DNA from: a virus
IMG/VR virus record: IMGVR_UViG_3300036985_006490
Span: 32,001-96,000 of that record
Strand: one strand, 5' to 3'
DNA: 64,000 nucleotides
The notes beneath the pieces were generated by a model. It saw only the letters and a program-made list of their open reading frames with translations, was not told where the DNA came from and did not search any database. A program made the position numbers and the translations under genes. The first letter of the stretch is position 1, and the number at the start of each line of letters is the position of its first letter. Below are positions 1 through 8,217 of this stretch, piece after piece.

Positions 1-77
1 TCCAAACTCTCACACTCCAACTCAACGGTAATAAACTCCGTATAAACCCTAACCCCATTAAATTGATATGTATTCAT
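1..77 (-). CDS. hypothetical protein, 5' part only (runs off window start)
   Basis: ATG at 77 (MNTYQFNGVRVYTEF...), preceded by TATCTTTG at 93-100; not in ORF track. Confidence 0.5.
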   Translation of the reverse strand, partial: MNTYQFNGVRVYTEFITVELECESL

Positions 78-191
78 AGTTTCCTTTTTTTACAAAGATA
101 CATATTCCCCAAAATTTTTCCAAAAATTTTTTTTAGGATTTGGGGTCTATTTCAGAAGGGAGGTTATGTTTATAGAAATGACTACCCCATA

Positions 192-575
192 TTATGAATT
201 GGTCCTTACAAACTTATCCATATATGACTTGTCATTTATTCTTACATCTTTAGGTGTTATCCCAAAATTATCGGTAAACCATTTTTCAAAAAACTTAATG
301 GTATATTCACTTTCAGTCAAAGCAGGATAATACCTAAACATTTCCCAATACACATGATAGGTAACATATAGTAAATCCTTGTTTGGATAATATTCCATTA
401 TCACCGATGGGTCCTTGTGTCTATTATTACTATAATCATAATTAGCACTTAACTTATCCCCATGATAAACATACCACTTGGTTTTAGTCTTTTTGTATCT
501 TGTTCTTGGATATAGAATATCAAACAATTTACCCATCGTTTTAAATAATTGACTTTCCGTTATGACATATTCCAT
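192..575 (-). CDS. small phage protein, 'MxYIITESQL...WF' paralog family
   Basis: N-terminal YVITESQL, C-terminal KWFTDNFG; TATTTAT upstream. Confidence 0.75.
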   Translation of the reverse strand: MEYVITESQLFKTMGKLFDILYPRTRYKKTKTKWYVYHGDKLSANYDYSNNRHKDPSVIMEYYPNKDLLYVTYHVYWEMFRYYPALTESEYTIKFFEKWFTDNFGITPKDVRINDKSYMDKFVRTNS

Positions 576-580
576 AACAT

Positions 581-630
581 ATAAATAGACAGGAGGGGAA
601 ATAAAAACCCCACTCTTATGAATGGGGGTT
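581..630 (-). terminator. terminator hairpin + TATTTAT promoter module
   Basis: minus strand: CCCCCATT..AGTGGGG hairpin, T-tract, then TATTTAT 6 nt before next ATG. Confidence 0.7.
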
Positions 631-946
631 AAAAATATATTGAATAATAAACATCATAAATGGGTTCATCAGGATATTTTTTCTCAAACCATCGTTGAAT
701 TAATTTTTCAGTCTCAGAAAAATTCCTCCCGAACAATTCACTTATTGTTACAAACAAATTCTTACTAACTCCCAAGTGTTTACCAAAATACTGAAATACC
801 ATATTTCCATTTTCATCAACAATGTCGAAGTCCTTTTCATCCCCAAGTTGATGACTTGACTCTCTATGAATAAGTTCCCCCACCACTGAAGTAATATACT
901 CATCAACCAATCTTAAAAGTCTATCTTCACTTATAATATATTTCAT
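629..946 (-). CDS. small phage protein, 'MKYIISE...WF' paralog family
   Basis: MKYIISEDRL start, LFG...IQRWFEKKY end. Confidence 0.8.
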   Translation of the reverse strand: MKYIISEDRLLRLVDEYITSVVGELIHRESSHQLGDEKDFDIVDENGNMVFQYFGKHLGVSKNLFVTISELFGRNFSETEKLIQRWFEKKYPDEPIYDVYYSIYF

Positions 947-950
947 ACTA

Positions 951-994
951 ATAAATACCCATAAAATAAAAAACCCCTCTTAGTGGAGGGGTCA
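951..994 (-). terminator. terminator hairpin + TATTTAT promoter module
   Basis: ataaata...aaaaaacccctc ttagtg gaggggt. Confidence 0.7.
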
Positions 995-999
995 TTTAA

Positions 1000-1263
1000 T
1001 TAATCTTTATTTACTTTATTAGTTTCCCAAAATTGTCTTATACGAGATCTAGATGCTTGATCAGTATAATCTTCCCATCTATCGTCCATACCATTTGGAG
1101 TTTCCAATCCAATAACTATATCAGGGTTAAACATACTCAGTCTTTTAACTTCACGAAAATCTGAATCTATTGACAAATGTTTAGATCTAACAACATCATT
1201 GTCCACATCATAAATAAGTTCGATAGTGCTTCCAAATGAATCTACAATTGTTTCTTGTATCAT
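1000..1263 (-). CDS. hypothetical protein
   Basis: start moved to MIQETIV, which follows TATTTAT at 1280-1286. Confidence 0.65.
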   Translation of the reverse strand: MIQETIVDSFGSTIELIYDVDNDVVRSKHLSIDSDFREVKRLSMFNPDIVIGLETPNGMDDRWEDYTDQASRSRIRQFWETNKVNKD

Positions 1264-1279
1264 AATATTAATGTTTATT

Positions 1280-1324
1280 ATAAATATCATGGAGAATAAA
1301 AAAACCCCTCTATCGGGAGGGGTT
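1280..1324 (-). terminator. terminator hairpin + TATTTAT promoter module
   Basis: ataaata...aaaaaaacccctc tatcgg gaggggtt. Confidence 0.7.
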
Positions 1325-1346
1325 CATTAAAAATTACTTATATAAC

Positions 1347-1799
1347 TTAGAATCTATCACTGTCATCATTTGATTTTGACATTCGACTTTGAGTTGCAAA
1401 TGGAATAAGCTTACGGAAAAGTGACCTTGTCTCCCCTTGAATGTCATTTAACTCCAAAGAATTACCTCCCCATAGAATTTCTGATGTTTCTGAATCTACA
1501 ACCAAACTCTTACCGTTTAACCGAGCTATCATGACCCGAGGTTTGATTTCCCTAACATTAGTTACCATCTCATATGAGGGGTCCATCTCCAATGTTCGAT
1601 AAATGGTCTCCAAAGATTTACGGTCTTTAGAATTTTCAATACCCATAGCATCCTTTGCTCCTTTCATTATCTTAGAAAAGAATCCCTCAGGCTTTCTCAT
1701 TGGACCTTCCTTAAAATCCTCATTCATTTCTTGTTCTTTAATAGCCTTCTTTACCAATCTGACAAGATCTGATTCCGTTAATCTTATTACCTTTTTCAT
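1347..1799 (-). CDS. phage protein with MKKVIRLTESDL N-terminal tag
   Basis: N-terminal motif shared with 1867-2163 and 16483-17361. Confidence 0.8.
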   Translation of the reverse strand: MKKVIRLTESDLVRLVKKAIKEQEMNEDFKEGPMRKPEGFFSKIMKGAKDAMGIENSKDRKSLETIYRTLEMDPSYEMVTNVREIKPRVMIARLNGKSLVVDSETSEILWGGNSLELNDIQGETRSLFRKLIPFATQSRMSKSNDDSDRF

Positions 1800-1816
1800 A
1801 TAAAAATTGTTTTATT

Positions 1817-1862
1817 ATAAATAGTCAGAAAATAAAAAAACCCCTCGTTGAAGGGAGGGGTT
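1817..1862 (-). terminator. terminator hairpin + TATTTAT promoter module
   Basis: ataaata...aaaaaaacccctc gttgaagg gaggggtt. Confidence 0.7.
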
Positions 1863-1866
1863 AATA

Positions 1867-2163
1867 TTAGTTCAACTTCTTTATGTATTTACCAACACCC
1901 ATACTCATCATACTCATGAATCCATTTTTTCTCAACTTACCTTTAATCCTAATACCTGTATCCTTATCAAACCCCTCCGATTCAAAATAACCTGGACTTT
2001 CCACATCAACCACAACATAACTCCCCACATATTTTACCGTCACACATCCCGAATCCATATAAGGTTCCAAGTCATCAATAATATCAATACCCCGACCTTC
2101 TTCAATAACCTTTTGTACAATCTTAACCAATTCAGATTCCGTAAGTCTTACTATCTTTTTCAT
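1867..2163 (-). CDS. phage protein with MKKIVRLTESEL N-terminal tag
   Basis: start moved to 2163; TATTTAT at 2168-2174. Confidence 0.75.
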   Translation of the reverse strand: MKKIVRLTESELVKIVQKVIEEGRGIDIIDDLEPYMDSGCVTVKYVGSYVVVDVESPGYFESEGFDKDTGIRIKGKLRKNGFMSMMSMGVGKYIKKLN

Positions 2164-2257
2164 ATTAATAAATACCCAAAAAAGGTCATTTTTTTTCCCA
2201 AAAATTTTTTTGCGCAATATTGGGGATTATCCCCCCAAAACTGACATTCTGACAGGA

Positions 2258-2299
2258 GGGGAGGGGGGATACGGGGGGTAGGGGCCCCATATGGGGGGG
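2258..2299 (+). other. G-tract cluster, potential G-quadruplex
   Basis: GGGG-A-GGGGGG-ATAC-GGGGGG-TA-GGGG...GGGGGGG in an AT-rich genome. Confidence 0.55.
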
Positions 2300-2359
2300 T
2301 GTACCCCATGCCAGAGGGGAGGTATCAGGTATATTTATTTATCCCCCACCCCCTATGAG

Positions 2360-2422
2360 TTATCCACAAGTTGTTAGTGTGGATAACTTGTGGACATAAA
2401 CAGAATAATATATTGTGGATAA
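2360..2422. promoter_or_regulatory. DnaA box cluster 1 (three perfect boxes)
   Basis: TTATCCACA 2360-2368; TGTGGATAA 2378-2386 and 2414-2422. Confidence 0.75.
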
Positions 2423-2517
2423 GTGGTATGACAAGCGGACAGTAATCAAAACCACGTAGGGGTAACCGAAGAATGTTCTGTATGATAGTACAATTATATC
2501 TTGGTTTTGTATGCTCT

Positions 2518-2545
2518 ACTTAACATAATCCAGATTATGTAACAT
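2518..2545 (-). other. dif-like XerC/XerD recombination site
   Basis: minus strand ATGTTACATAA-TCTGGA-TTATGTTAAGT, 11-6-11 layout; XerD arm 10/11 identical to E. coli TTATGTTAAAT. Confidence 0.7.
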
Positions 2546-2644
2546 ACTTCTATAACTCCCCCAACCTTTTATTGTATTATGTGGGGAATGTTTAGACACA
2601 CCTTAAAAGTTTTGTGGACTCTAATGTCCCCGACCACAGGGAGG

Positions 2645-3082
2645 TTAGAACGTATACTTAGGTTTCCCCTCCTTACGGTTAACATGCCATGTTCCAATAG
2701 CAACAGGACGCTGTCCTTGTATCTTTAACTCAGGGGGGACAGCATCTGAATTGACAACCTCTGACATAACCTTCTCAATACTTTTCTTAATTGATTGGTA
2801 ATCATCATACGTCATATCGGTTGCTGTAATGGGGTATGACAAATCAATATAACTACCCAAGTCCGTTTCCTCCTTTAACCAACCCTTCATTTCATCATCA
2901 TACATCTCTCCCCAAATGGCGGGGTCAAAATCAAAGTTAAGGAATATACTATTGTATTTCCCCAAGTCAGATTGATTAACAAACACATCCTTAATGTAGG
3001 GGAACTCCCTTGTTAATGATCTCTTTATTAATTTGAATGTATAATTGTCATACAATTTCTCCGTACTGTACTGATATCCCAT
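2645..3082 (-). CDS. hypothetical protein
   Basis: 145-aa ORF with TATTTAT upstream. Confidence 0.7.
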   Translation of the reverse strand: MGYQYSTEKLYDNYTFKLIKRSLTREFPYIKDVFVNQSDLGKYNSIFLNFDFDPAIWGEMYDDEMKGWLKEETDLGSYIDLSYPITATDMTYDDYQSIKKSIEKVMSEVVNSDAVPPELKIQGQRPVAIGTWHVNRKEGKPKYTF

Positions 3083-3150
3083 TGAAATTTAGTTTATTAT
3101 AAATACCAAAATAGTTGGAACTTCCCCAAACTTATATTACATTTGTAATT

Positions 3151-3252
3151 ATGAGAAAAATATTGTTCTACGTGCTTTTGGGATGGTTTGCTTACAACGT
3201 GTTTAAGTGGTATAAAAAATCACAGAAACCACAAGCCCCACAGAATCCCTAA
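3151..3252 (+). CDS. 33-aa membrane peptide
   Basis: MRKILFYVLLGWFAYNVFKWYKK...; TACATTTG at 3138-3145; not in ORF track. Confidence 0.5.
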   Translation: MRKILFYVLLGWFAYNVFKWYKKSQKPQAPQNP

Positions 3253-3509
3253 CCATTCATATATTCACGTATGAGTGATTGACACTTGCCCACAATATCC
3301 TTGGGGGTAATGTCATAGTCAGTCATCTCATACAACCCTTCGACCTTCGCATCGACACAAGCCCATGAGTTCATACTCACAGGCTTTCGATGGAAGGTCT
3401 TTTTTGCTTTCTCGAAATATAAGGAACCTGCCTCAACATCGTTGAGAGAAATAATAAACCTTATTCTTCCCTCCTCCATTAACTCCATCTTATAAACAAA
3501 ATCTTCCAT
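3249..3509 (-). CDS. hypothetical protein
   Basis: start moved to MEDFVYK; TATTTAT immediately upstream, overlapping a DnaA box. Confidence 0.6.
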   Translation of the reverse strand: MEDFVYKMELMEEGRIRFIISLNDVEAGSLYFEKAKKTFHRKPVSMNSWACVDAKVEGLYEMTDYDITPKDIVGKCQSLIREYMNG

Positions 3510-3612
3510 GTGGATAAATATACACTCGGAACATATAAAAATAAAGTTATCCACACACTGACATTCTGTCCGTAGGGGGCAACATGTGGAAAACTTTTTC
3601 CTTTGTGGATAA
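3509..3612. promoter_or_regulatory. DnaA box cluster 2
   Basis: perfect boxes at 3509-3517, 3547-3555, 3604-3612; TTTTCCACA variant at 3585-3593. Confidence 0.75.
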
Positions 3613-3697
3613 ATAAATAGGGGGAAAAACTTGACTTTGACAAAATGTCAGGGGAGCTTTGCATGGGGGATAATCCCTTTGGGGGGTTTTGGTTCCC

Positions 3698-3721
3698 CCA
3701 CTCTCTACCACTTTCCCCCAC
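3698..3721 (-). promoter_or_regulatory. MraZ-type repeats, three GTGG at 10-bp period
   Basis: minus strand GTGG-GGGAAA-GTGG-TAGAGA-GTGG; a second pair GTGGG-AGAAT-GTGGG at 3982-3996. Confidence 0.45.
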
Positions 3722-4366
3722 CATTAGTAGTGTATTCATGGCTGGTTATAGTGTAATGACCACTTTTTTCCCCCTGACGATAGTGTGAAGACCATATTTT
3801 TACTATCTTTGTTTCCTAGCAAAAAAAGGAATAGTAAGTGAGAGGTCGCGTGTAACGAACGTAGTGAGTGTTATATGAGTATTCACTCATAGTTTTAACC
3901 CCCCTTCAACGAACATTAGGGTATCTTAGATGACCCCTCATATAGACCATTACATTCCCCTTCAACGACATATCGTAGATGGTGGGAGAATGTGGGACTA
4001 ATGAATATAACATCTAATTACTACCGAAGGTCTTATCTTTAATGTTATCTCACCATAGAATTGTAATGTGAAATAATATATGTTAATTCGGATCCCCACC
4101 GAATAGGTGGTGCTTATTTAACATCTCACCTTCACACAATATCACCATGTCATTTGATGTCCTGTAGTTGGCGGGGGACACTATATTAGGTGGGGACAGT
4201 TTGTCCCCATGTATAACTCTCCAAATGTGTGTTAAAAAATGAGTTTTGGAGGATTATACAGTAATAAGAATGTGGAATAAATGAACGAATGAAATGGTCG
4301 GGAACACGACAGTGTTCCTCATCCGACCATGTAGTGAGTGAATTATATTACACATTCTCTATAATA

Positions 4367-4395
4367 TAAAAACCCCCACCTTTTGAGTGAGGGTT
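4367..4395 (-). terminator. repeated terminator hairpin
   Basis: aaaaacccccaccttttgagtgagggtt, same as the copy at about 10251. Confidence 0.7.
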
Positions 4396-4443
4396 GTAAA
4401 ATTTAGAATGCCAAACTAATGACCCACAAGAATCCTCCGAGAG

Positions 4444-5886
4444 TTATTTACATTCATATTTAATTGAGTAGTCGTTAAATCTTGGGTGTTTATTTTTTAT
4501 TCTTCCTATAGTACCCCATCCTGAATTTGTTAACTTAATCACTTCAGTTAAAGTGTGGTTCCCTGATTCTATGAGTTGTCTTATATTTTTATAATCTTCA
4601 TAACTAATTAAACCTAAGAATTTCTTTTTAGATGAGGAGTCGTCTCCGAAATAGTCTACTTGGAACTCTCCCCATGTTTTATATTTAGAGTTACCGTTTT
4701 TTCTGATAGAAAGATAAAAAAACATACAGACATCGTCGTGTGAATGTTTTTTTAATTCCCTTTGATATTGAGGGAATTTACCTAACTTTTTAGTTATATA
4801 TGAAACCGCCCATTTAAAAACATCCTCATTAGAAAAATCATATAGTTTATCATATGGTGCGGAGTCTCCCAATATTTCATGAATAAGGTGATAATTCTCA
4901 CCTGCTTCGTACAAATTACGTTTGAACGATTCTGTTCCACCATGTTTAGGTAAAAAATTTACAACATTTTGAAATCCGTTTTTTCTCATTTCATCCACAG
5001 TTGGGAATCTATTAAGTGTCTTAATCAAATCACTCATGACCCTAACGCAGTAATTAACATCGTTACATTCAAAAGTTTTTTCCTCGTATACCCACGTCTC
5101 ATTAAAATGTTTATTACAGTACTTAACAAAAGTAGAAAACTTACTAAAATAGTGTGTTACCTGATGTCGTAAAGTTGGACTTAATGTATGGTATCTTGGA
5201 TTTTCACTACCAAAATAACTTTTAACATTATTATAGATATCCTCTAATTTTAACACTTTACCTGTAATTAAATCTAATGGAGAAAAATCTTTACCCTCAT
5301 TGAATTTAATATCTACCCCATTTGTTAATAGTAGTTCCTTCAAATGAGTATAAAACCAATCAACCCCTTTTTTTGAACAGTCATCATCATATGTTGATAT
5401 TAAATTATACCCTAACTTTAAATACTGTTCTTTTTTATAATCATTTCTTTTATTCAATCCCCCCCAATGTTCCCAATATATGTTATAGTCAACTAAATAA
5501 CCATCAGCCAAGTAATTTTCGAACACTTTTGGATTTCCGTCAATGTTTACCCCCCAAGCTTTCATAAAACAAAAGGCAACAAATTCATAAAACCCCCTGA
5601 AAACATTACCATCTAAATAATAACCCGATTTTTTTTCAGGATAGTCGTAACCGAGTTCATCCAAAACCTTTTTGTACCATTCAGAACGTGATAATTTTCT
5701 ATTTGCAATTGCACTAGTTATTTTTCCATACTCAGGATGATTTCTGAAGTACACAAATGGAGGAGCGAATCCAAATTTATCCACTGTAATTTGAACCGCA
5801 TCTTTTAATTCGGAATAGATTGAATCTATATTCCAAATTTCATTATGATGAACCCCACTAAGAAATTGACCTTTATCGTTTCGCAT
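4444..5886 (-). CDS. putative free-standing homing endonuclease-like protein (PD-(D/E)xK-type core plus helical repeats)
   Basis: N-terminal RNDKGQF; YLADGYL...IYWEHWG nuclease-like motif; repeated LGRFP/LGKFP-like helices; C-terminal HTH-like segment. Confidence 0.5.
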   Translation of the reverse strand: MRNDKGQFLSGVHHNEIWNIDSIYSELKDAVQITVDKFGFAPPFVYFRNHPEYGKITSAIANRKLSRSEWYKKVLDELGYDYPEKKSGYYLDGNVFRGFYEFVAFCFMKAWGVNIDGNPKVFENYLADGYLVDYNIYWEHWGGLNKRNDYKKEQYLKLGYNLISTYDDDCSKKGVDWFYTHLKELLLTNGVDIKFNEGKDFSPLDLITGKVLKLEDIYNNVKSYFGSENPRYHTLSPTLRHQVTHYFSKFSTFVKYCNKHFNETWVYEEKTFECNDVNYCVRVMSDLIKTLNRFPTVDEMRKNGFQNVVNFLPKHGGTESFKRNLYEAGENYHLIHEILGDSAPYDKLYDFSNEDVFKWAVSYITKKLGKFPQYQRELKKHSHDDVCMFFYLSIRKNGNSKYKTWGEFQVDYFGDDSSSKKKFLGLISYEDYKNIRQLIESGNHTLTEVIKLTNSGWGTIGRIKNKHPRFNDYSIKYECK

Positions 5887-5997
5887 AACACAAAGGAACT
5901 AAAAAAATTCGACTAATCCAAAAATTATGAAAAAATATCGTGGATAATCATCACAATTATTTAATATGGTGTGAGTTTCTTTATTCTATTTATTGTT

Positions 5998-6696
5998 ATG
6001 ATAAAAGACTTACTAACAATCGTTATACCTTGTAAGAATGAATCAGAGTTAATTGATTTGACTCTGAGTTTATTAAACAAACAAAAAGATATATCAGGCA
6101 CAAAAGTTATTATTGCTGATTCATCTGATGATTCTACAAGAGATATTATATTATCAGGAGACCATAGTAATTTAAACATTACTATTATTGATGGTGGGTA
6201 TCCGAGTGTTGCAAGAAACAAGGGTGCCATGATGTCCACAACCCCTTACATTTTATTCTTGGACGCTGATATATACTTAATTGATAATGCCACCATAAAA
6301 GAGTGTATGGATATTATACAGAAAGAATCATTGGAGTTATTAACCTGTAAGTTTAGATGTGAAGGTAGGTATTCATTTGTTTTCCCCATCTTTGAATTCT
6401 TTAGAGATTTATCGATTAGATATTCCCCATGTGCTATTGGAGGTTTTATGTTGTTTGAGTATGATTCCTTTATAAGAGTCGGAGGGTTTGATGATGAAGA
6501 TAAATTTGCTGAGGACTTTCATCTTAGTAGTAAAATCCCCTCTGAATCTTTTAAGGTTATAAATAAAAAGATATATACCACAGATAGAAGATTTCAGAAG
6601 AAGGGATTATTTTATATGGTTCGTGTTGCCATTTTATCCATAATGAATAAAAACAATCCCGCGTTTTTCAAATATGACCACAACTACTGGCTATAA
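5998..6696 (+). CDS. glycosyltransferase family 2
   Basis: TIVIPCKNE, IIADSSDD, ARNKGA, LFLDAD, GGFD, AED motifs. Confidence 0.9.
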   Translation: MIKDLLTIVIPCKNESELIDLTLSLLNKQKDISGTKVIIADSSDDSTRDIILSGDHSNLNITIIDGGYPSVARNKGAMMSTTPYILFLDADIYLIDNATIKECMDIIQKESLELLTCKFRCEGRYSFVFPIFEFFRDLSIRYSPCAIGGFMLFEYDSFIRVGGFDDEDKFAEDFHLSSKIPSESFKVINKKIYTTDRRFQKKGLFYMVRVAILSIMNKNNPAFFKYDHNYWL

Positions 6697-7399
6697 GGTC
6701 GTGATAATGTCCGACCTCCACTTGGGAATGAAAGACTGTAAACCTAAACGTATTCTTGAATTCCTTGATACCATCGATACAAACCTCCTTATACTTAACG
6801 GAGATATTATTGATATTGATGCTCTTCGTCGTGGTAGTAAGTGGAAAGATAAACATATGAAGGTTCTTATTAAGTTATTGGATATGTCCCGCCATACAGA
6901 GATTATCTATATCAGAGGGAACCACGATAATGATGTGAAGGATCTATATAACAGCATCCTCGGGAATATTAAATTCATGGATGAATATATGTTTTTTGCT
7001 GGTGGCAAGAAGTATCTCATATTCCATGGTGATAAGATTGATATCACAACCAAATATAAATTGCTTACTCAGATTGGTTCCATTGGTTATGACCTCGCCC
7101 TTCGTCTTAATACATGGTACAACAGGTATAGAGAATTCACAGGCAAACCATATTATAGCATTTCTAAAGTTATTAAGGAGAACTTTAAGAATGCCGTATC
7201 ATTCATTAACGACTTCGAGGTGAATGCCTGTGATTATGCTAAGACCCTTGGTTGTGATGGTGTTATCTGCGGACATATTCATATCCCCTCCGCTAAGGTT
7301 ATTAACAACATAGAATACTACAACTCAGGTGATTGGGTGGAGAACTTCTCCGCTCTTGTTCTTACTCAGGATAATGAATGGAAATTGATTGATTCTTAA
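6674..7399 (+). CDS. UDP-2,3-diacylglucosamine diphosphatase-like metallophosphoesterase (LpxH-like)
   Basis: SDLHLG, NGDIID, GNHD, HGD, CGHIH, NSGDWVE. Confidence 0.85.
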   Translation: MTTTTGYKVVIMSDLHLGMKDCKPKRILEFLDTIDTNLLILNGDIIDIDALRRGSKWKDKHMKVLIKLLDMSRHTEIIYIRGNHDNDVKDLYNSILGNIKFMDEYMFFAGGKKYLIFHGDKIDITTKYKLLTQIGSIGYDLALRLNTWYNRYREFTGKPYYSISKVIKENFKNAVSFINDFEVNACDYAKTLGCDGVICGHIHIPSAKVINNIEYYNSGDWVENFSALVLTQDNEWKLIDS

Positions 7400-7442
7400 A
7401 TCAATCTTGTTAATCTCATTCTTATTCCGTACCTTTGTAACT

Positions 7443-7823
7443 ATGAAGAATACCCTGAAGATGAAGAGACTTATGATATCGTATTTGGATTCGATGTATC
7501 CTGGAATTTACCTGTTGAAATTGGATTTCTTGGGTGATGTGGTAGAGACCTTTGATAAGGATCCACAAGGCAATTGGTTTGACGATAGAAGAGTCGGTAG
7601 ATCTAAAAATAGTTGGTTTGACATGAGAAAGGAAATCATCTCGAGATTGGAGTTGATGTTCTCTGTGAATTATATCACCGCTGATAGTGTATTGAATGAT
7701 TGGGTAAACTGTCGACCTAAGTATAAATATGTGAGAAAGTCTATGGACGAGCAAGTTCTTGTGCAAGTGAAAGAGGAATGGGTTCTTGCCCCAGTGATTG
7801 AGAAATGTCATACAATGATGTAA
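7443..7823 (+). CDS. hypothetical protein
   Basis: ATG 7443 after TACCTTTG (7430-7437). Confidence 0.6.
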   Translation: MKNTLKMKRLMISYLDSMYPGIYLLKLDFLGDVVETFDKDPQGNWFDDRRVGRSKNSWFDMRKEIISRLELMFSVNYITADSVLNDWVNCRPKYKYVRKSMDEQVLVQVKEEWVLAPVIEKCHTMM

Positions 7824-7886
7824 CTGTCATATGCCGGGTTCGATTATCCCCCAACCCCCTTTTTTATTTTAATGATATTTATAACT

Positions 7887-8198
7887 ATGAAGTATATCAT
7901 ATCTGAACAAAGATTAGGACGAATAGTGAACAAGTACTTAGATGACTTGGGATTTACAGAAGGAAACGATGATGCTGATGGGTTTGATATAATGCGTGGC
8001 AATAGTCAAGTACTGGCTTACCGCAATGAAGAAGAGAGATTATATATTAGTACTGATTTAATTAGAGATGTAAGAGACCTTTTTGGATTACCCCAAAAAG
8101 AAAGTATGAACTATATCAGGAATTGGTTTCAGGATGAATATAATACACCAGCAAGGACAGTATGGTTGTTATTTCCTGATGAACCATTCACCTATTAA
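7887..8198 (+). CDS. small phage protein, 'MKYIISE...WF' paralog family
   Basis: MKYIISEQRL; LFGL...IRNWF; TATTTAT 7876-7882. Confidence 0.8.
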   Translation: MKYIISEQRLGRIVNKYLDDLGFTEGNDDADGFDIMRGNSQVLAYRNEEERLYISTDLIRDVRDLFGLPQKESMNYIRNWFQDEYNTPARTVWLLFPDEPFTY

Positions 8199-8217
8199 TT
8201 TCCTTATATTTATCTAT

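Noticed and set aside
581-1862. Repeated intergenic elements as a CRISPR array or integron attC sites
   Set aside because: Spacing is gene-sized, repeats vary, there are no cas or integrase genes and no GTTRRRY/RYYYAAC ends; they read as terminators plus promoters
2478-2493. CTGT-N8-ACAA resembling an E. coli SOS box
   Set aside because: Single, imperfect, and the likely host phylum uses a different LexA motif
3479-3739. 86-aa ORF over DnaA cluster 2
   Set aside because: Overlaps dense motif DNA, composition atypical, no promoter motif; likely spurious
4134-4195. NrdR-box-like ACACTATATT / ACACAATAT
   Set aside because: Several mismatches in AT-rich DNA and no nrd gene nearby
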